Below are positions 30,409 through 39,789 of a stretch of DNA of 64,000 nt, in pieces. Under the pieces are notes generated by a model, which was not told the origin of the DNA, did not search any database, and saw nothing but the letters and a program-made list of their open reading frames with translations. How positions within the stretch are numbered: position 1 is the first letter of the stretch; every line of letters starts with the position of its first letter. The translations under genes were made by a program, and so were the position numbers. The DNA is from a bacterium (lineage in GTDB: Bacteria > Zhuqueibacterota > Zhuqueibacteria > Residuimicrobiales > Krinioviventaceae), in assembly GCA_963674595.2 (NCBI GenBank), contig CAXXFV010000016.1, positions 192,001 through 256,000 on the forward strand. The letters are read 5' to 3'.

Positions 30409-30469
30409 TTTACAAAAACTTATTCCCTTCTTAACACCTTCTTTACACACCTTTTATTTTTACCTAATC
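30409..30469 (+). promoter_or_regulatory. Pho-box-like direct-repeat array with 11-bp period upstream of the TonB-dependent receptor
   Basis: TTTACA(30409), TTATTC(30420), TTAACA(30431), TTTACA(30442), TTTATT(30453), CTAATC(30464). Confidence 0.65.
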
Positions 30470-30534
30470 TTTGCTTTTTATCTTTTACCAATATTTTAAC
30501 GGCAGAAACTGTTTAAAAAAATGAGGTAAAAATA

Positions 30535-33396
30535 ATGTATAAAATCAAATTCAGGACCATTTTATTTAGTCTGGTATTTTTAATTCCATTTTCCCTTTGG
30601 AGTCAAACAACTGGTAAAATTAGCGGACATGTTGTAGATGGAGAAACCGGTGATGCTCTTTTTGGCGTTAATATCCTTATCCAGGGAACCACTCGCGGGG
30701 CTGCAACCGACCTGGACGGCGTCTTTACAATACGCGCTGTTCCCCAGGGTCAATATACACTCGTCGTAACATATATGGGTTATAATAAAAAAGTTATTGA
30801 GAATATCGAGGTGAAATCGAACGAAACGACCACACTCGATTTTTCCATGGAAATGCAAGTTTTAAAAGGTCAGGAAGTTGTTGTTACAGCCAAAGCATTG
30901 AAAAATACAGAGGCTGTTTTGCTTAAAGACCGGCAAAAAGCTTCTTCTGTGAGCGATGCCGTAAGTGCGGAAGCTATTTCAAGAGCAGGCAGTGGTAATG
31001 CCGCTGAGGCTATGAAACAGGTAACCGGTGCATCAGTTGTCGGTGGTAAATATATTTATGTTCGCGGTTTGGGCGACCGTTATACAAGTACACAGTTAAA
31101 CGGTGCAGAAATTCCCAGTACCGATCCGTACAAACGTGCCGGCTCAATTGATCTTATCCCTTCTAATTTAATTGATAACATTGTTGCCGTAAAAAGTTTT
31201 ACACCGGACAAACCCGGAAATTTCAGCGGCGGGGCTGTGGATATTCGGACCAAAGATTTTCCGCAGGACCTCACGATCAAGTTTTCAGCATCTTCTTCAT
31301 TTAATCCCGATGTTAATCTGAAAAATGATGGGGCCATTTCATATTCCGGCGGTAACCTGGATTGGCTGGGAATCGATGATGGAACACGTGAAATTCCGGA
31401 TGTTATTCAATCCATTGGCCTTGATGATTTTAAACAAATGGCAAGCAATGCCAGAAAAAGTAGCGAGCAGGCTTTGGTATATGATTCCTTTATTAAAAGT
31501 TTCAGTTCCACAATGAAACCCGTGACAACCACCTTTCCTTTAAACCAGAGTTATTCTTTTTCTGTGGGTAACCAAATAAATTTTCTGGGAAGACCGTTGG
31601 GCTTTTTGACCAGCCTCTCTTATAATCACAGCTATTCATCTTATCAAAATGGTGAAAAAAACAACTGGTATTTAGGTGCCTCTTCAATTGACGCTGTTGA
31701 CGAGTTAACTTATAATTATAAATATCAGGAAAATAAAAGCAGTGATGAAGTGTTATGGGGCGGTTTGTTTAAAGCAACTTATAAATTAAATCCCAGTCAT
31801 TTTTTTGGATTTGATTTTGTTTATAACCGAAATGCTGAAAGTTATGCTCTTACCTTAGAGGGACAGAATCCCTATGATTATGAAAATGAAATTGTTCAGT
31901 CGAGCACGATTGGTTATAATGAACGCGAATTATATTCTTTTCAGCTAAACGGAAAACATCAGTTCCCGTCTTTATTTAATTCTAATCTGGAATGGGCCGG
32001 CACCCTGGGTCGTTCTTATCAGGATGAACCGGATATTCGTTATTTTACCAACGGGTATGCACCTGAAGGGAACCCGCAATATGAAGTTAAACATAATGCC
32101 AAACCCCGTCGGTTTTTTAGAACATTAGATGGAGATCGAAATGAATTAAAAATTGACTATACCATTCCTTTTAAACAATGGCAGGGCAAGCCCGGTTCTT
32201 TTAAAATGGGTGGCATGCTGGCTCAAAAGAAAAAGGATTTTAGTGAAAGAAATTTTTATTATCGACCTGCTACCGGAAATTTTGAATATAATGGTAATGT
32301 AGACGATTTTTTGGCAGAATTGGGTTTTACAAGTGATCAGATTACGGAAGGCACCAATCGGTATTATGATATGGGATTGGTGTTGGAGGAACTGGCGCCT
32401 CAAATTGGCTGGTATAAAGGTGAACAAAATATAAATGCCGGTTATGCGATGGTCGACTTGCCGCTTTCCAGGAAAATACGTTTTATCGGTGGAGCTAGAC
32501 TGGAAACAACAGAAATGAAAGTTGAGACGGATGATGTGGGCAAACAAATGAATTTTACGGAGCACGATTTACTTCCATCTTTGAATTTTATTTATCAACT
32601 GAATCCTGATATGAATGTTCGCCTGGCTTATGGAAAAACCCTGGCCTTACCTACATTTCGTGAAGTGGTCCCTTTTGAATCTTATGAATTTATTGGCGGT
32701 GTTAATTATTTTGGAAATTCAGAGCTTAAACGCACATTGATCGATAATTATGATATACGATGGGAATGGTTCTCCCGTCCCGGAGAAATTTATGCGGTAA
32801 GCTTGTTTTACAAGTCTTTTCAGGACCCGATCGAGAAACGTTATCGTGCTAAAGAAAAGGAAATGACATGGGTTAATGTTGACCATGCTTTGACATACGG
32901 AATTGAATTTGAACTTCGTAAACGCCTTGATGTTGTTTCACAAAAACTGACTAATTTTATGGTTGGTGGAAATTTAGCACTTGTTCATTCTCAGGTTGAT
33001 ATTCCCGAATATGAAATGATGTTTATAAAAGCTATCGACCCGAATGCTTCGGACAAACGACAGTTTGAAGGCCAGTCCCCATACATTTTAAATGTAAACG
33101 TAAATTATGAAAACGCCAAAGCCGGTATATCTTCGAGTTTGTATTATAATGTGTTCGGTGAAAGACTTGCTTTTAGTACGGGTACGGCCACACCGGATGT
33201 TTTTGAGCAGCCCTTTCATTCATTGAATTATTCTTTATCCTACAAGTTTATGCCGTCTATGGGCGCCAAGTTTGCGATTAAAAACATTTTAAACTCTGAA
33301 TACAAAGAAATCCATGAGTTTAAAGGTATAGAGTATGTGTATAAAAATTATAATTCGGGGCGTACTTTTACGCTTGGTTTAGATTACAGTTTATAA
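30535..33396 (+). CDS. TonB-dependent outer-membrane receptor with N-terminal carboxypeptidase-regulatory-like domain
   Basis: Signal peptide; GKISGHVVD-ETG domain; plug YIYVRGLGDRY...LDLIPSNLID...KSFTPD-PGNFSGG; beta-barrel ending GRTFTLGLDYSL. Confidence 0.93.
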   Translation: MYKIKFRTILFSLVFLIPFSLWSQTTGKISGHVVDGETGDALFGVNILIQGTTRGAATDLDGVFTIRAVPQGQYTLVVTYMGYNKKVIENIEVKSNETTTLDFSMEMQVLKGQEVVVTAKALKNTEAVLLKDRQKASSVSDAVSAEAISRAGSGNAAEAMKQVTGASVVGGKYIYVRGLGDRYTSTQLNGAEIPSTDPYKRAGSIDLIPSNLIDNIVAVKSFTPDKPGNFSGGAVDIRTKDFPQDLTIKFSASSSFNPDVNLKNDGAISYSGGNLDWLGIDDGTREIPDVIQSIGLDDFKQMASNARKSSEQALVYDSFIKSFSSTMKPVTTTFPLNQSYSFSVGNQINFLGRPLGFLTSLSYNHSYSSYQNGEKNNWYLGASSIDAVDELTYNYKYQENKSSDEVLWGGLFKATYKLNPSHFFGFDFVYNRNAESYALTLEGQNPYDYENEIVQSSTIGYNERELYSFQLNGKHQFPSLFNSNLEWAGTLGRSYQDEPDIRYFTNGYAPEGNPQYEVKHNAKPRRFFRTLDGDRNELKIDYTIPFKQWQGKPGSFKMGGMLAQKKKDFSERNFYYRPATGNFEYNGNVDDFLAELGFTSDQITEGTNRYYDMGLVLEELAPQIGWYKGEQNINAGYAMVDLPLSRKIRFIGGARLETTEMKVETDDVGKQMNFTEHDLLPSLNFIYQLNPDMNVRLAYGKTLALPTFREVVPFESYEFIGGVNYFGNSELKRTLIDNYDIRWEWFSRPGEIYAVSLFYKSFQDPIEKRYRAKEKEMTWVNVDHALTYGIEFELRKRLDVVSQKLTNFMVGGNLALVHSQVDIPEYEMMFIKAIDPNASDKRQFEGQSPYILNVNVNYENAKAGISSSLYYNVFGERLAFSTGTATPDVFEQPFHSLNYSLSYKFMPSMGAKFAIKNILNSEYKEIHEFKGIEYVYKNYNSGRTFTLGLDYSL

Positions 33397-33467
33397 AAAG
33401 TCCAAATTTATTTTTGGTAATGAAATAAAAAACAACAGTTAATCCTAATTAAACACAGGAGAAGCGA

Positions 33468-36422
33468 ATGAAAAAGAGGTTTACAGTCCTACTAATGTTA
33501 CTATGGCTTCCTGCATTATTGCTGGCTGTAGAAATCCCGGTAACCGAGAATGTCAGTTCAGATGTTACTTGGACGGCAGATAATACCTACATTTTAAAGG
33601 GTCGAATTTATGTTGCCAACGGCGCGACTTTAACCATTGAACCCGGTACTGTTATCAAGGCTGAGAACGGAACCGGAGCAGACATAAAATCTTTGATAGT
33701 GACCCGTGGTTCAAAGATCATGGCAGTCGGGACCAAAGATAATCCGATAATTTTTACGTCAGTAAATGATGATGTAAATGATCCTGATGATATGCCCTGG
33801 AACACGACGAATGAATGGGGTGGCATTGCAATTTTGGGTAATGCACCGATCAATGTAACAGGCGGCGAAGATGTATTTGAAGCGATCCCGGCAGGGGATG
33901 ATCAAGAGTTGGGTAAATACGGTGGTGATGATGAGAATGACAGTTCCGGTCGTATGGAATATGTATCGATACGCCATGGTGGAGCAGAAGTCGCAACAGA
34001 TAAAGAGATGAACGGATTGAGTTTGGCCGGTGTAGGTCGTGGCACAAAACTGTCCCATATAGAAGTATTCAGCAGTTCGGATGATGCTTTTGAATGGTGG
34101 GGCGGTACCGTGAATGCAGACCATTTGGTAGCGGCTTTTTGTCAGGACGAGAGTTATGATCTGGATGAGGGCAACCAGTCGAGGTTACAGTTTATCTTTG
34201 CGATACGAAACAGTGTAAAGCAGCACATTGGTGAGCATGATGGTGCTCCTGCTGATACTCCCGGTAATGAGCCAAAAGCTTACACGCAGATATACAATGC
34301 TACTTATTTAGGTGGTGGTATTGAAGGAACAGATGAAAAGTCCATGTTTCGGTTACGCGAGAACTGGGGTGGTGCTTATAAAAACTGTATATTTGGAGAT
34401 TATCACGGAACGGCCGTCAAGATCGACAGTGGTGTAACAACACCGGATTCCTATGATCGCTTAATGGCAGGCGAGTTGCTGTTTAATAATAATTTGTTTT
34501 TTAACTTTTCCGTAGGCAGTGACTGGACTTCCTTGTGTGAAGGCGGACAGTTTGTGGTTGATTACTTTTCAGATGCATCAAATGGTAATACCTTTGGTGA
34601 TCCGTTGTTCATGAGCATCAGTCGTGCAAATGATGATAATCTCACATTGGACCCACGGCCAAAAGTCGGAAGCCCTGCATATGAGAACCTGGCAGCTTAT
34701 CCTGAAGATGACGAGTTTTTTACACCAGTTGATTATAAAGGCGCTTTTGATTCAGAGAACTGGATGGTTGAATGGACAGCCCTGGAACATTATGGCTTTT
34801 TAGACGGTGAAATTCATGCCGGTGGTGAAGAAATTGCAGTGACAGAGAACATAACCTCTGACACTAGATGGATGGCAGGGAACACTTATATCTTAAAGGG
34901 TCGAATTTATGTTGCCAACGGCGCGACTTTAACCATTGAACCCGGTACTGTTATTAAAGCTGAGAATGGAACCGGAGCAGACATAAAATCTTTGATAGTG
35001 ACCCGTGGTTCAAAGATCATGGCAGTCGGGACCAAAGATAATCCGATAATTTTCACATCAGTAAATGATGATGTAAATGATCCTGATGATATGCCCTGGA
35101 ACACGACGAATGAATGGGGTGGCATTGCAATTTTGGGTAATGCACCGATCAATGTAACCGGCGGCGAAGATGTATTTGAAGCGATCCCGGCAGGGGATGA
35201 TCAAGAGTTGGGTAAATACGGTGGTGATGATGAGAATGACAGTTCCGGTCGTATGGAATATGTATCGATACGCCATGGTGGAGCAGAAGTCGCAACAGAT
35301 AAAGAGATGAACGGATTGAGTTTGGCCGGTGTAGGTCGTGGCACAAAACTGTCCCATATAGAAGTATTCAGCAGTTCGGATGATGCTTTTGAATGGTGGG
35401 GCGGTACCGTGAATGCAGACCATTTGGTAGCGGCTTTTTGTCAGGACGAGAGTTATGATCTGGATGAGGGCAACCAGTCGAGGTTACAGTTTATCTTTGC
35501 GATACGAAACAGTGTAAAGCAGCACATTGGTGAGCATGATGGTGCTCCTGCTGATACTCCCGGTAATGAGCCAAAAGCTTACACGCAGATATACAATGCT
35601 ACTTATTTAGGTGGTGGTATTGAAGGAACAGATGAAAAGTCCATGTTTCGGTTACGCGAGAACTGGGGTGGTGCTTATAAAAACTGTATATTTGGAGATT
35701 ATCACGGAACGGCCGTCAAGATCGACAGTGGTGTAACAACACCGGATTCCTATGATCGCTTAATGGCAGGCGAGTTGCTGTTTAATAATAATTTGTTTTT
35801 TAACTTTTCCGTAGGCAGTGACTGGACTTCCTTGTGTGAAGGCGGACAGTTTGTGGTTGATTATTTTTCAGATGCATCAAATGGTAATACCTTTGGTGAT
35901 CCGTTGTTTATGAGCATAAGTCGCGCAAATGATGATAATACCATGCTGGACCCACGGCCAAAAGTCGGAAGCCCTGCATATGAGAACCTGGCAGCTTATC
36001 CTGAAGATGACGAGTTTTTTACACCAGTTGATTATAAAGGCGCTTTTGATTCAGAGAACTGGATGGTTGAATGGACAGCCCTTGAACATTATGGCTTTTT
36101 AAGCGGTGACAATTATACCAATGTTGAAAATGATAAAGGTACCGCATCTCTTCCGACATTATATGGTTTGTCTCAAAATTATCCGAATCCATTTAATCCG
36201 ACAACAACGATTAATTATTCAATAAAGTCAGAAGGTCATGTAAACCTTGTTGTCTTTAATCAGCTTGGACAAAAAGTGGTTGATCTTGTGAATAATCAGC
36301 AATCAGTCGGTAATTACCAGGTTTCCTGGGATGCAAGTTCCTTCCCGAGTGGTATTTATTTTTATCGCCTGAACGTAGACGGACAAAAAATTCAAACACG
36401 TAAAATGTTGCTTGTAAAATAA
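33468..36422 (+). CDS. Secreted protein with two near-identical approx. 430-aa beta-helix-like domains and a C-terminal sorting domain
   Basis: Signal peptide LLA-V; domain W-NTYILKG-ATLTIEPGT...WGGIAILG...EMNGLSLAGVGRGT...DDAFEWWGG present twice; YGLSQNYPNPFNP C-terminal domain. Confidence 0.85.
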   Translation: MKKRFTVLLMLLWLPALLLAVEIPVTENVSSDVTWTADNTYILKGRIYVANGATLTIEPGTVIKAENGTGADIKSLIVTRGSKIMAVGTKDNPIIFTSVNDDVNDPDDMPWNTTNEWGGIAILGNAPINVTGGEDVFEAIPAGDDQELGKYGGDDENDSSGRMEYVSIRHGGAEVATDKEMNGLSLAGVGRGTKLSHIEVFSSSDDAFEWWGGTVNADHLVAAFCQDESYDLDEGNQSRLQFIFAIRNSVKQHIGEHDGAPADTPGNEPKAYTQIYNATYLGGGIEGTDEKSMFRLRENWGGAYKNCIFGDYHGTAVKIDSGVTTPDSYDRLMAGELLFNNNLFFNFSVGSDWTSLCEGGQFVVDYFSDASNGNTFGDPLFMSISRANDDNLTLDPRPKVGSPAYENLAAYPEDDEFFTPVDYKGAFDSENWMVEWTALEHYGFLDGEIHAGGEEIAVTENITSDTRWMAGNTYILKGRIYVANGATLTIEPGTVIKAENGTGADIKSLIVTRGSKIMAVGTKDNPIIFTSVNDDVNDPDDMPWNTTNEWGGIAILGNAPINVTGGEDVFEAIPAGDDQELGKYGGDDENDSSGRMEYVSIRHGGAEVATDKEMNGLSLAGVGRGTKLSHIEVFSSSDDAFEWWGGTVNADHLVAAFCQDESYDLDEGNQSRLQFIFAIRNSVKQHIGEHDGAPADTPGNEPKAYTQIYNATYLGGGIEGTDEKSMFRLRENWGGAYKNCIFGDYHGTAVKIDSGVTTPDSYDRLMAGELLFNNNLFFNFSVGSDWTSLCEGGQFVVDYFSDASNGNTFGDPLFMSISRANDDNTMLDPRPKVGSPAYENLAAYPEDDEFFTPVDYKGAFDSENWMVEWTALEHYGFLSGDNYTNVENDKGTASLPTLYGLSQNYPNPFNPTTTINYSIKSEGHVNLVVFNQLGQKVVDLVNNQQSVGNYQVSWDASSFPSGIYFYRLNVDGQKIQTRKMLLVK
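33594..36101 (+). repeat. Intragenic direct repeat: 33594-34802 and 34893-36101 (1209 bp each, period 1299 bp)
   Basis: Direct comparison by eye found about 16 mismatches, concentrated near the ends; shadow ORFs recur at offset 1299. Confidence 0.97.
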
Positions 36423-36441
36423 GTTGGATGGCAGTTCAAAT

Positions 36442-36477
36442 AAAAGTACAGTGTATTAACGTACACTGTACTTTTTT
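36442..36477. terminator. Bidirectional intrinsic terminator
   Basis: AAAAGTACAGTGTA-ttaacg-TACACTGTACTTTT-TT, a perfect 14-bp stem. Confidence 0.85.
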
Positions 36478-36694
36478 AGATTGCATGTCCACACTCCTCA
36501 CTGACCCTGTTGCCAAATTTATCAGTTTTCTGCCGAAGACTCTTTACCTCATTGCAACAGGGCAGTGTGTTTTTAACTCCTTTTTATCCGTGCCAAAAAA
36601 AATGTAACATGTGATTTTTTAATGAAAAATTATTTGTTTTTTTTTATTTATTCATTATACTAAATGATAAGAAGTATAAAACAAATGGTTTTTT

Positions 36695-37651
36695 ATGATC
36701 CAAATCCGAAATATGGAAAAAAGCGATCTTCATCGCGTTAATATGCTGTTATCAAAAGCATTTACACAAGCACGAATTGATGATGGTTATAAAAACACCT
36801 CTGTGCCGATGTGTCGAAATGATTTCCTGGAATTTTATTTTGATGAATGTGGAAAAGGTGCTTTTGTTCTTGAGGATGGACGCTATATTATTGGAGTTTC
36901 TTTTTGCCATACCTGGGGCAAAACAGGCTGGATTGGTCCTTTAGCTATTCTTCCGGATAAGCATTTTTTAGGTTATGGAAAACAGCTCGCTTCCTACTCG
37001 ATAGAGTATCTGAAAAGCAATAACTGCGCAACTATCGGTCTTGAAACCAATCCCCGAAGTCAAAAAAATATGGGTTTTTATGGGAGATTAGGATTCCATC
37101 CTTCTACCTTAATGCTGGACCTTATTAAACGTGTAAAACCGCATGATCCGGATTCTATCCCTCATCAACATTTATTATTTTCTGAACAAAATGAAAAGAA
37201 TAAAGATTCATTTTTAAAACAGATAAAAAAATTAACAAAACTGGTTTGCCAAAATATTGACTATACCGAATTAATCCAAAAGTTGGGGGCACACCAATTT
37301 GGTGATACTGTTTTGTTTTATCGGAATAAAACGACAATCGGGTGTGCTGTTTTTCAGGCCATACCAACCACGGCTGAAGAAAAAAATAAAGTTTTACGTT
37401 TAATATGTTTTTTTATTCATCCTCAAACTCCCCGTTCTTACTTGAATTATTTTATTCAGGATCTTGAAAATATTACCTTAAAAATGAATTTGGAACAAGT
37501 ACATTTTCGTGTACCCGCTTATTGTCCTGATATGCTGGATATATTGTTTGAAAATAATTTTCGTGTTGCTTTTAGCGATATCCGGCTTGTTTTTGAGGAT
37601 TATGGTGAAAAAGTGGGAAAAGATATTATTTTTACAAACAGATGGATTTGA
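36695..37651 (+). CDS. GNAT-family N-acetyltransferase (probably two GNAT folds)
   Basis: MIQIRNM, GWIGPLAILP-GYGKQL acetyl-CoA motif, NMGFYGRLGF. Confidence 0.8.
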   Translation: MIQIRNMEKSDLHRVNMLLSKAFTQARIDDGYKNTSVPMCRNDFLEFYFDECGKGAFVLEDGRYIIGVSFCHTWGKTGWIGPLAILPDKHFLGYGKQLASYSIEYLKSNNCATIGLETNPRSQKNMGFYGRLGFHPSTLMLDLIKRVKPHDPDSIPHQHLLFSEQNEKNKDSFLKQIKKLTKLVCQNIDYTELIQKLGAHQFGDTVLFYRNKTTIGCAVFQAIPTTAEEKNKVLRLICFFIHPQTPRSYLNYFIQDLENITLKMNLEQVHFRVPAYCPDMLDILFENNFRVAFSDIRLVFEDYGEKVGKDIIFTNRWI

Positions 37652-37652
37652 C

Positions 37653-38483
37653 ATGTCCAAAACACAATTAAAAATAATATCTGCAAGCAGACGAGTAGAT
37701 CTCGTCGCAAGTTATCCTGATCTGTTAATAGAACTGTTAAAAAAAAAGTGTCCACCCGAACGTGTTCATTCTTTGGTGCTTTGGACTAAAAATGCTGAAA
37801 ATATATTACAATACAAGCCGCTGATAAAAGCTCTTGAATTGTATGAAAATATTTATGTGCATTTTAGCATTACCGGACTGGGACAAACAATTCTTGAACC
37901 GAATATTCCACCTGTTGCCGTATCCCTTCGTTTTATCAAACCGCTGATTCAATTTTTGGGGAATCCGAAAAATTTAAGGATACGGTTTGATCCGATTGTG
38001 CATTTGAGAATGCCGTGTTATGGGGAAATATGTAATATCGGCCAGTTTGAAACCATAGCAGAAAAACTGAATCAATATAAAGTTATTGATGTGTCCACAA
38101 GCTGGATGCAGGTATATCCAAAGGTTGAAAAAAGATTGTTAAAGAAGGGTATTAAAGCGTTACCAGTCTCCTCAGAGCTTTTTTATAAAGAAACAGCTTT
38201 TTTAAATAAAATTGCAAACAAGTTTGGATTAATATTACATGGTTGTTGTGTCCCTGAATGGCCCGTCTCAAAATGTATTGACGGTGATTTATTGAATGAT
38301 TTACATCCTGCGGGAAAGGTCGTCCCTGTTACCAGGGCGAACGGACAACGAACCGGTTGTGGTTGTTCAAAAAGTTGGGATATCGGCTGGTACTATCCTT
38401 GTCAGGGTGGTTGTTTATATTGTTACGCTAACCCAATAGAAAAGAAAAATGTTATTTCATCTGTCTGTGAATTGAACTCGTAA
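37653..38483 (+). CDS. DUF1848-family protein with C-terminal radical-SAM-like Cys cluster
   Basis: IISASRRVD, LWTKN, LEPNIP, RFDPI, CIDG, QRTGCGCSKSWDIG, CQGGCLYCYA; start at ATG 37653 rather than 37509. Confidence 0.85.
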   Translation: MSKTQLKIISASRRVDLVASYPDLLIELLKKKCPPERVHSLVLWTKNAENILQYKPLIKALELYENIYVHFSITGLGQTILEPNIPPVAVSLRFIKPLIQFLGNPKNLRIRFDPIVHLRMPCYGEICNIGQFETIAEKLNQYKVIDVSTSWMQVYPKVEKRLLKKGIKALPVSSELFYKETAFLNKIANKFGLILHGCCVPEWPVSKCIDGDLLNDLHPAGKVVPVTRANGQRTGCGCSKSWDIGWYYPCQGGCLYCYANPIEKKNVISSVCELNS

Positions 38484-38486
38484 TTT

Positions 38487-38975
38487 TTGGTGGAGTATAT
38501 GATTTTTTTAATAATTATCGGTCTGATTATTTCAATATTAGGACTAATCGGTTGTATTTTACCGGTCTTACCGGGACCGCCGCTAAGCTTTATTGCATTA
38601 ATTGTTTTATCTATTGCAAAAGCATGGGAACCTTTTAGTCCCGAGTTTTTGCTGGGTATGGCCATTCTAGCTATTGTTGTTACTGTTTTGGATTTTGTTG
38701 TGCCATTATTTGGTGCAAAGAAATATGGCGCATCGAAAATTGGTATGTGGGGAAGTGTTGCCGGAATGGTAATCGGATTAATTTTTTTTCCTCCCTGGGG
38801 AATGCTGATTGGGACATTTTTAGGTGCCCTGGGTGGTGAAATACTTGCCGGTAAAAGAAATGAAAAAGCCCTAAAAGCAGGATTTGGCGTGTTTGTTGGA
38901 ACTATTTTTGGAATAGGGTTTAAAATAGCTGCTTCCGGTATCATGTTGTTTTATTATATTAAGGAAATGTTTTAA
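38487..38975 (+). CDS. DUF456-family membrane protein
   Basis: GCILPVLPGPPL, GAKKYGASK, GTFLGALGGE; very hydrophobic. Confidence 0.85.
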   Translation: MVEYMIFLIIIGLIISILGLIGCILPVLPGPPLSFIALIVLSIAKAWEPFSPEFLLGMAILAIVVTVLDFVVPLFGAKKYGASKIGMWGSVAGMVIGLIFFPPWGMLIGTFLGALGGEILAGKRNEKALKAGFGVFVGTIFGIGFKIAASGIMLFYYIKEMF

Positions 38976-39182
38976 CCGGAGGGAAAAAATTCGTAATATT
39001 TAATAGGAAAAATGATAAAAGCTGGTATTACTATTAATTTATATGTTGATACTCGTTAGAAAGATACGCGAGTTTTGTGTATATTTGATATTAATTTGCT
39101 ATTAACTTTTATGTTGCAATTTTTATATTAGTTTTCTATCTTGGATAGCTTGCGATAGATAGAAAATATATTGGAGAATTAT

Positions 39183-39506
39183 ATGGGAAATGCAATAGAA
39201 ATTACTGATGCCAACTTTGAAACAGAAGTCATCTCATCGGATATCCCTGTTTTAATAGATTTTTGGGCTGTATGGTGTGGCCCTTGTAAAATGATTGCAC
39301 CGATTGTTGAAGAAGTTGCCGGCGAACTTGCCGGAAAGATCAAAGTCGGTAAAGTGGATGTTGACGCTCATAAACAGAATGCCATGAAATATGGTATTCG
39401 CAGCATCCCGACTTTACTTGTTTTTAAAGGCGGCAATGTTGTTGAACAGATTATCGGAGCAGTTTCTAAAGCACAGCTTGTGGCAAAATTGGAAAAGCAT
39501 ATATAA
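39183..39506 (+). CDS. trxA: Thioredoxin
   Basis: DFWAVWCGPCK, YGIRSIPTL; GGAG RBS before ATG 39183. Confidence 0.96.
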   Translation: MGNAIEITDANFETEVISSDIPVLIDFWAVWCGPCKMIAPIVEEVAGELAGKIKVGKVDVDAHKQNAMKYGIRSIPTLLVFKGGNVVEQIIGAVSKAQLVAKLEKHI

Positions 39507-39789
39507 TTAATACCTAACAGCTTTTTAAAACAATGATTCATATTAGAAATGAATTCAGGTTTTTTATTATTTAATTTAGACTATATAACCTACAAATCGA
39601 TGGTTCCAAATATTTTTTTACCTTCCCTTATATCTGCTTTAATAATAAGGTCCTCAGAATATGTGAATTTTGCAACTTATTTGAACTCTATTGGTGATAT
39701 TCAAAAATTCTGGTTTGAGGAACATTGATGAGTAATCAACTAAAAATAGAAAAAAGATTAATTTCATATAAAGCACCAGGGGGTTTTTA

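Noticed and set aside
33608-35423. Pairs of near-identical minus-strand ORFs (81, 121 and 65 aa) in the ORF track
   Set aside because: Shadow frames of the duplicated plus-strand domain, not genes
33594-36101. The long direct repeat as an IS element, composite transposon or DGR template/variable repeat pair
   Set aside because: Both copies are in frame inside one CDS; no transposase, reverse transcriptase or terminal inverted repeats; mismatches are mostly synonymous and not adenine-specific
36579-36596. TTGGCACG on the minus strand as a sigma54 -24 element
   Set aside because: No GC/TTGC at the -12 position (AA instead)
37509-37652. N-terminal extension of the DUF1848 ORF
   Set aside because: Overlaps the GNAT gene; the family motif IISASRR begins just after ATG 37653
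38423-38944. 173-aa minus-strand ORF
   Set aside because: Antisense shadow of the DUF456 membrane protein
39640-39725. Weak pairing TCCTCA/TGAGGA and GAATTTT/AAAATTC upstream of manC as 6S or another ncRNA
   Set aside because: Short AT-rich stems expected by chance; no recognisable family motif
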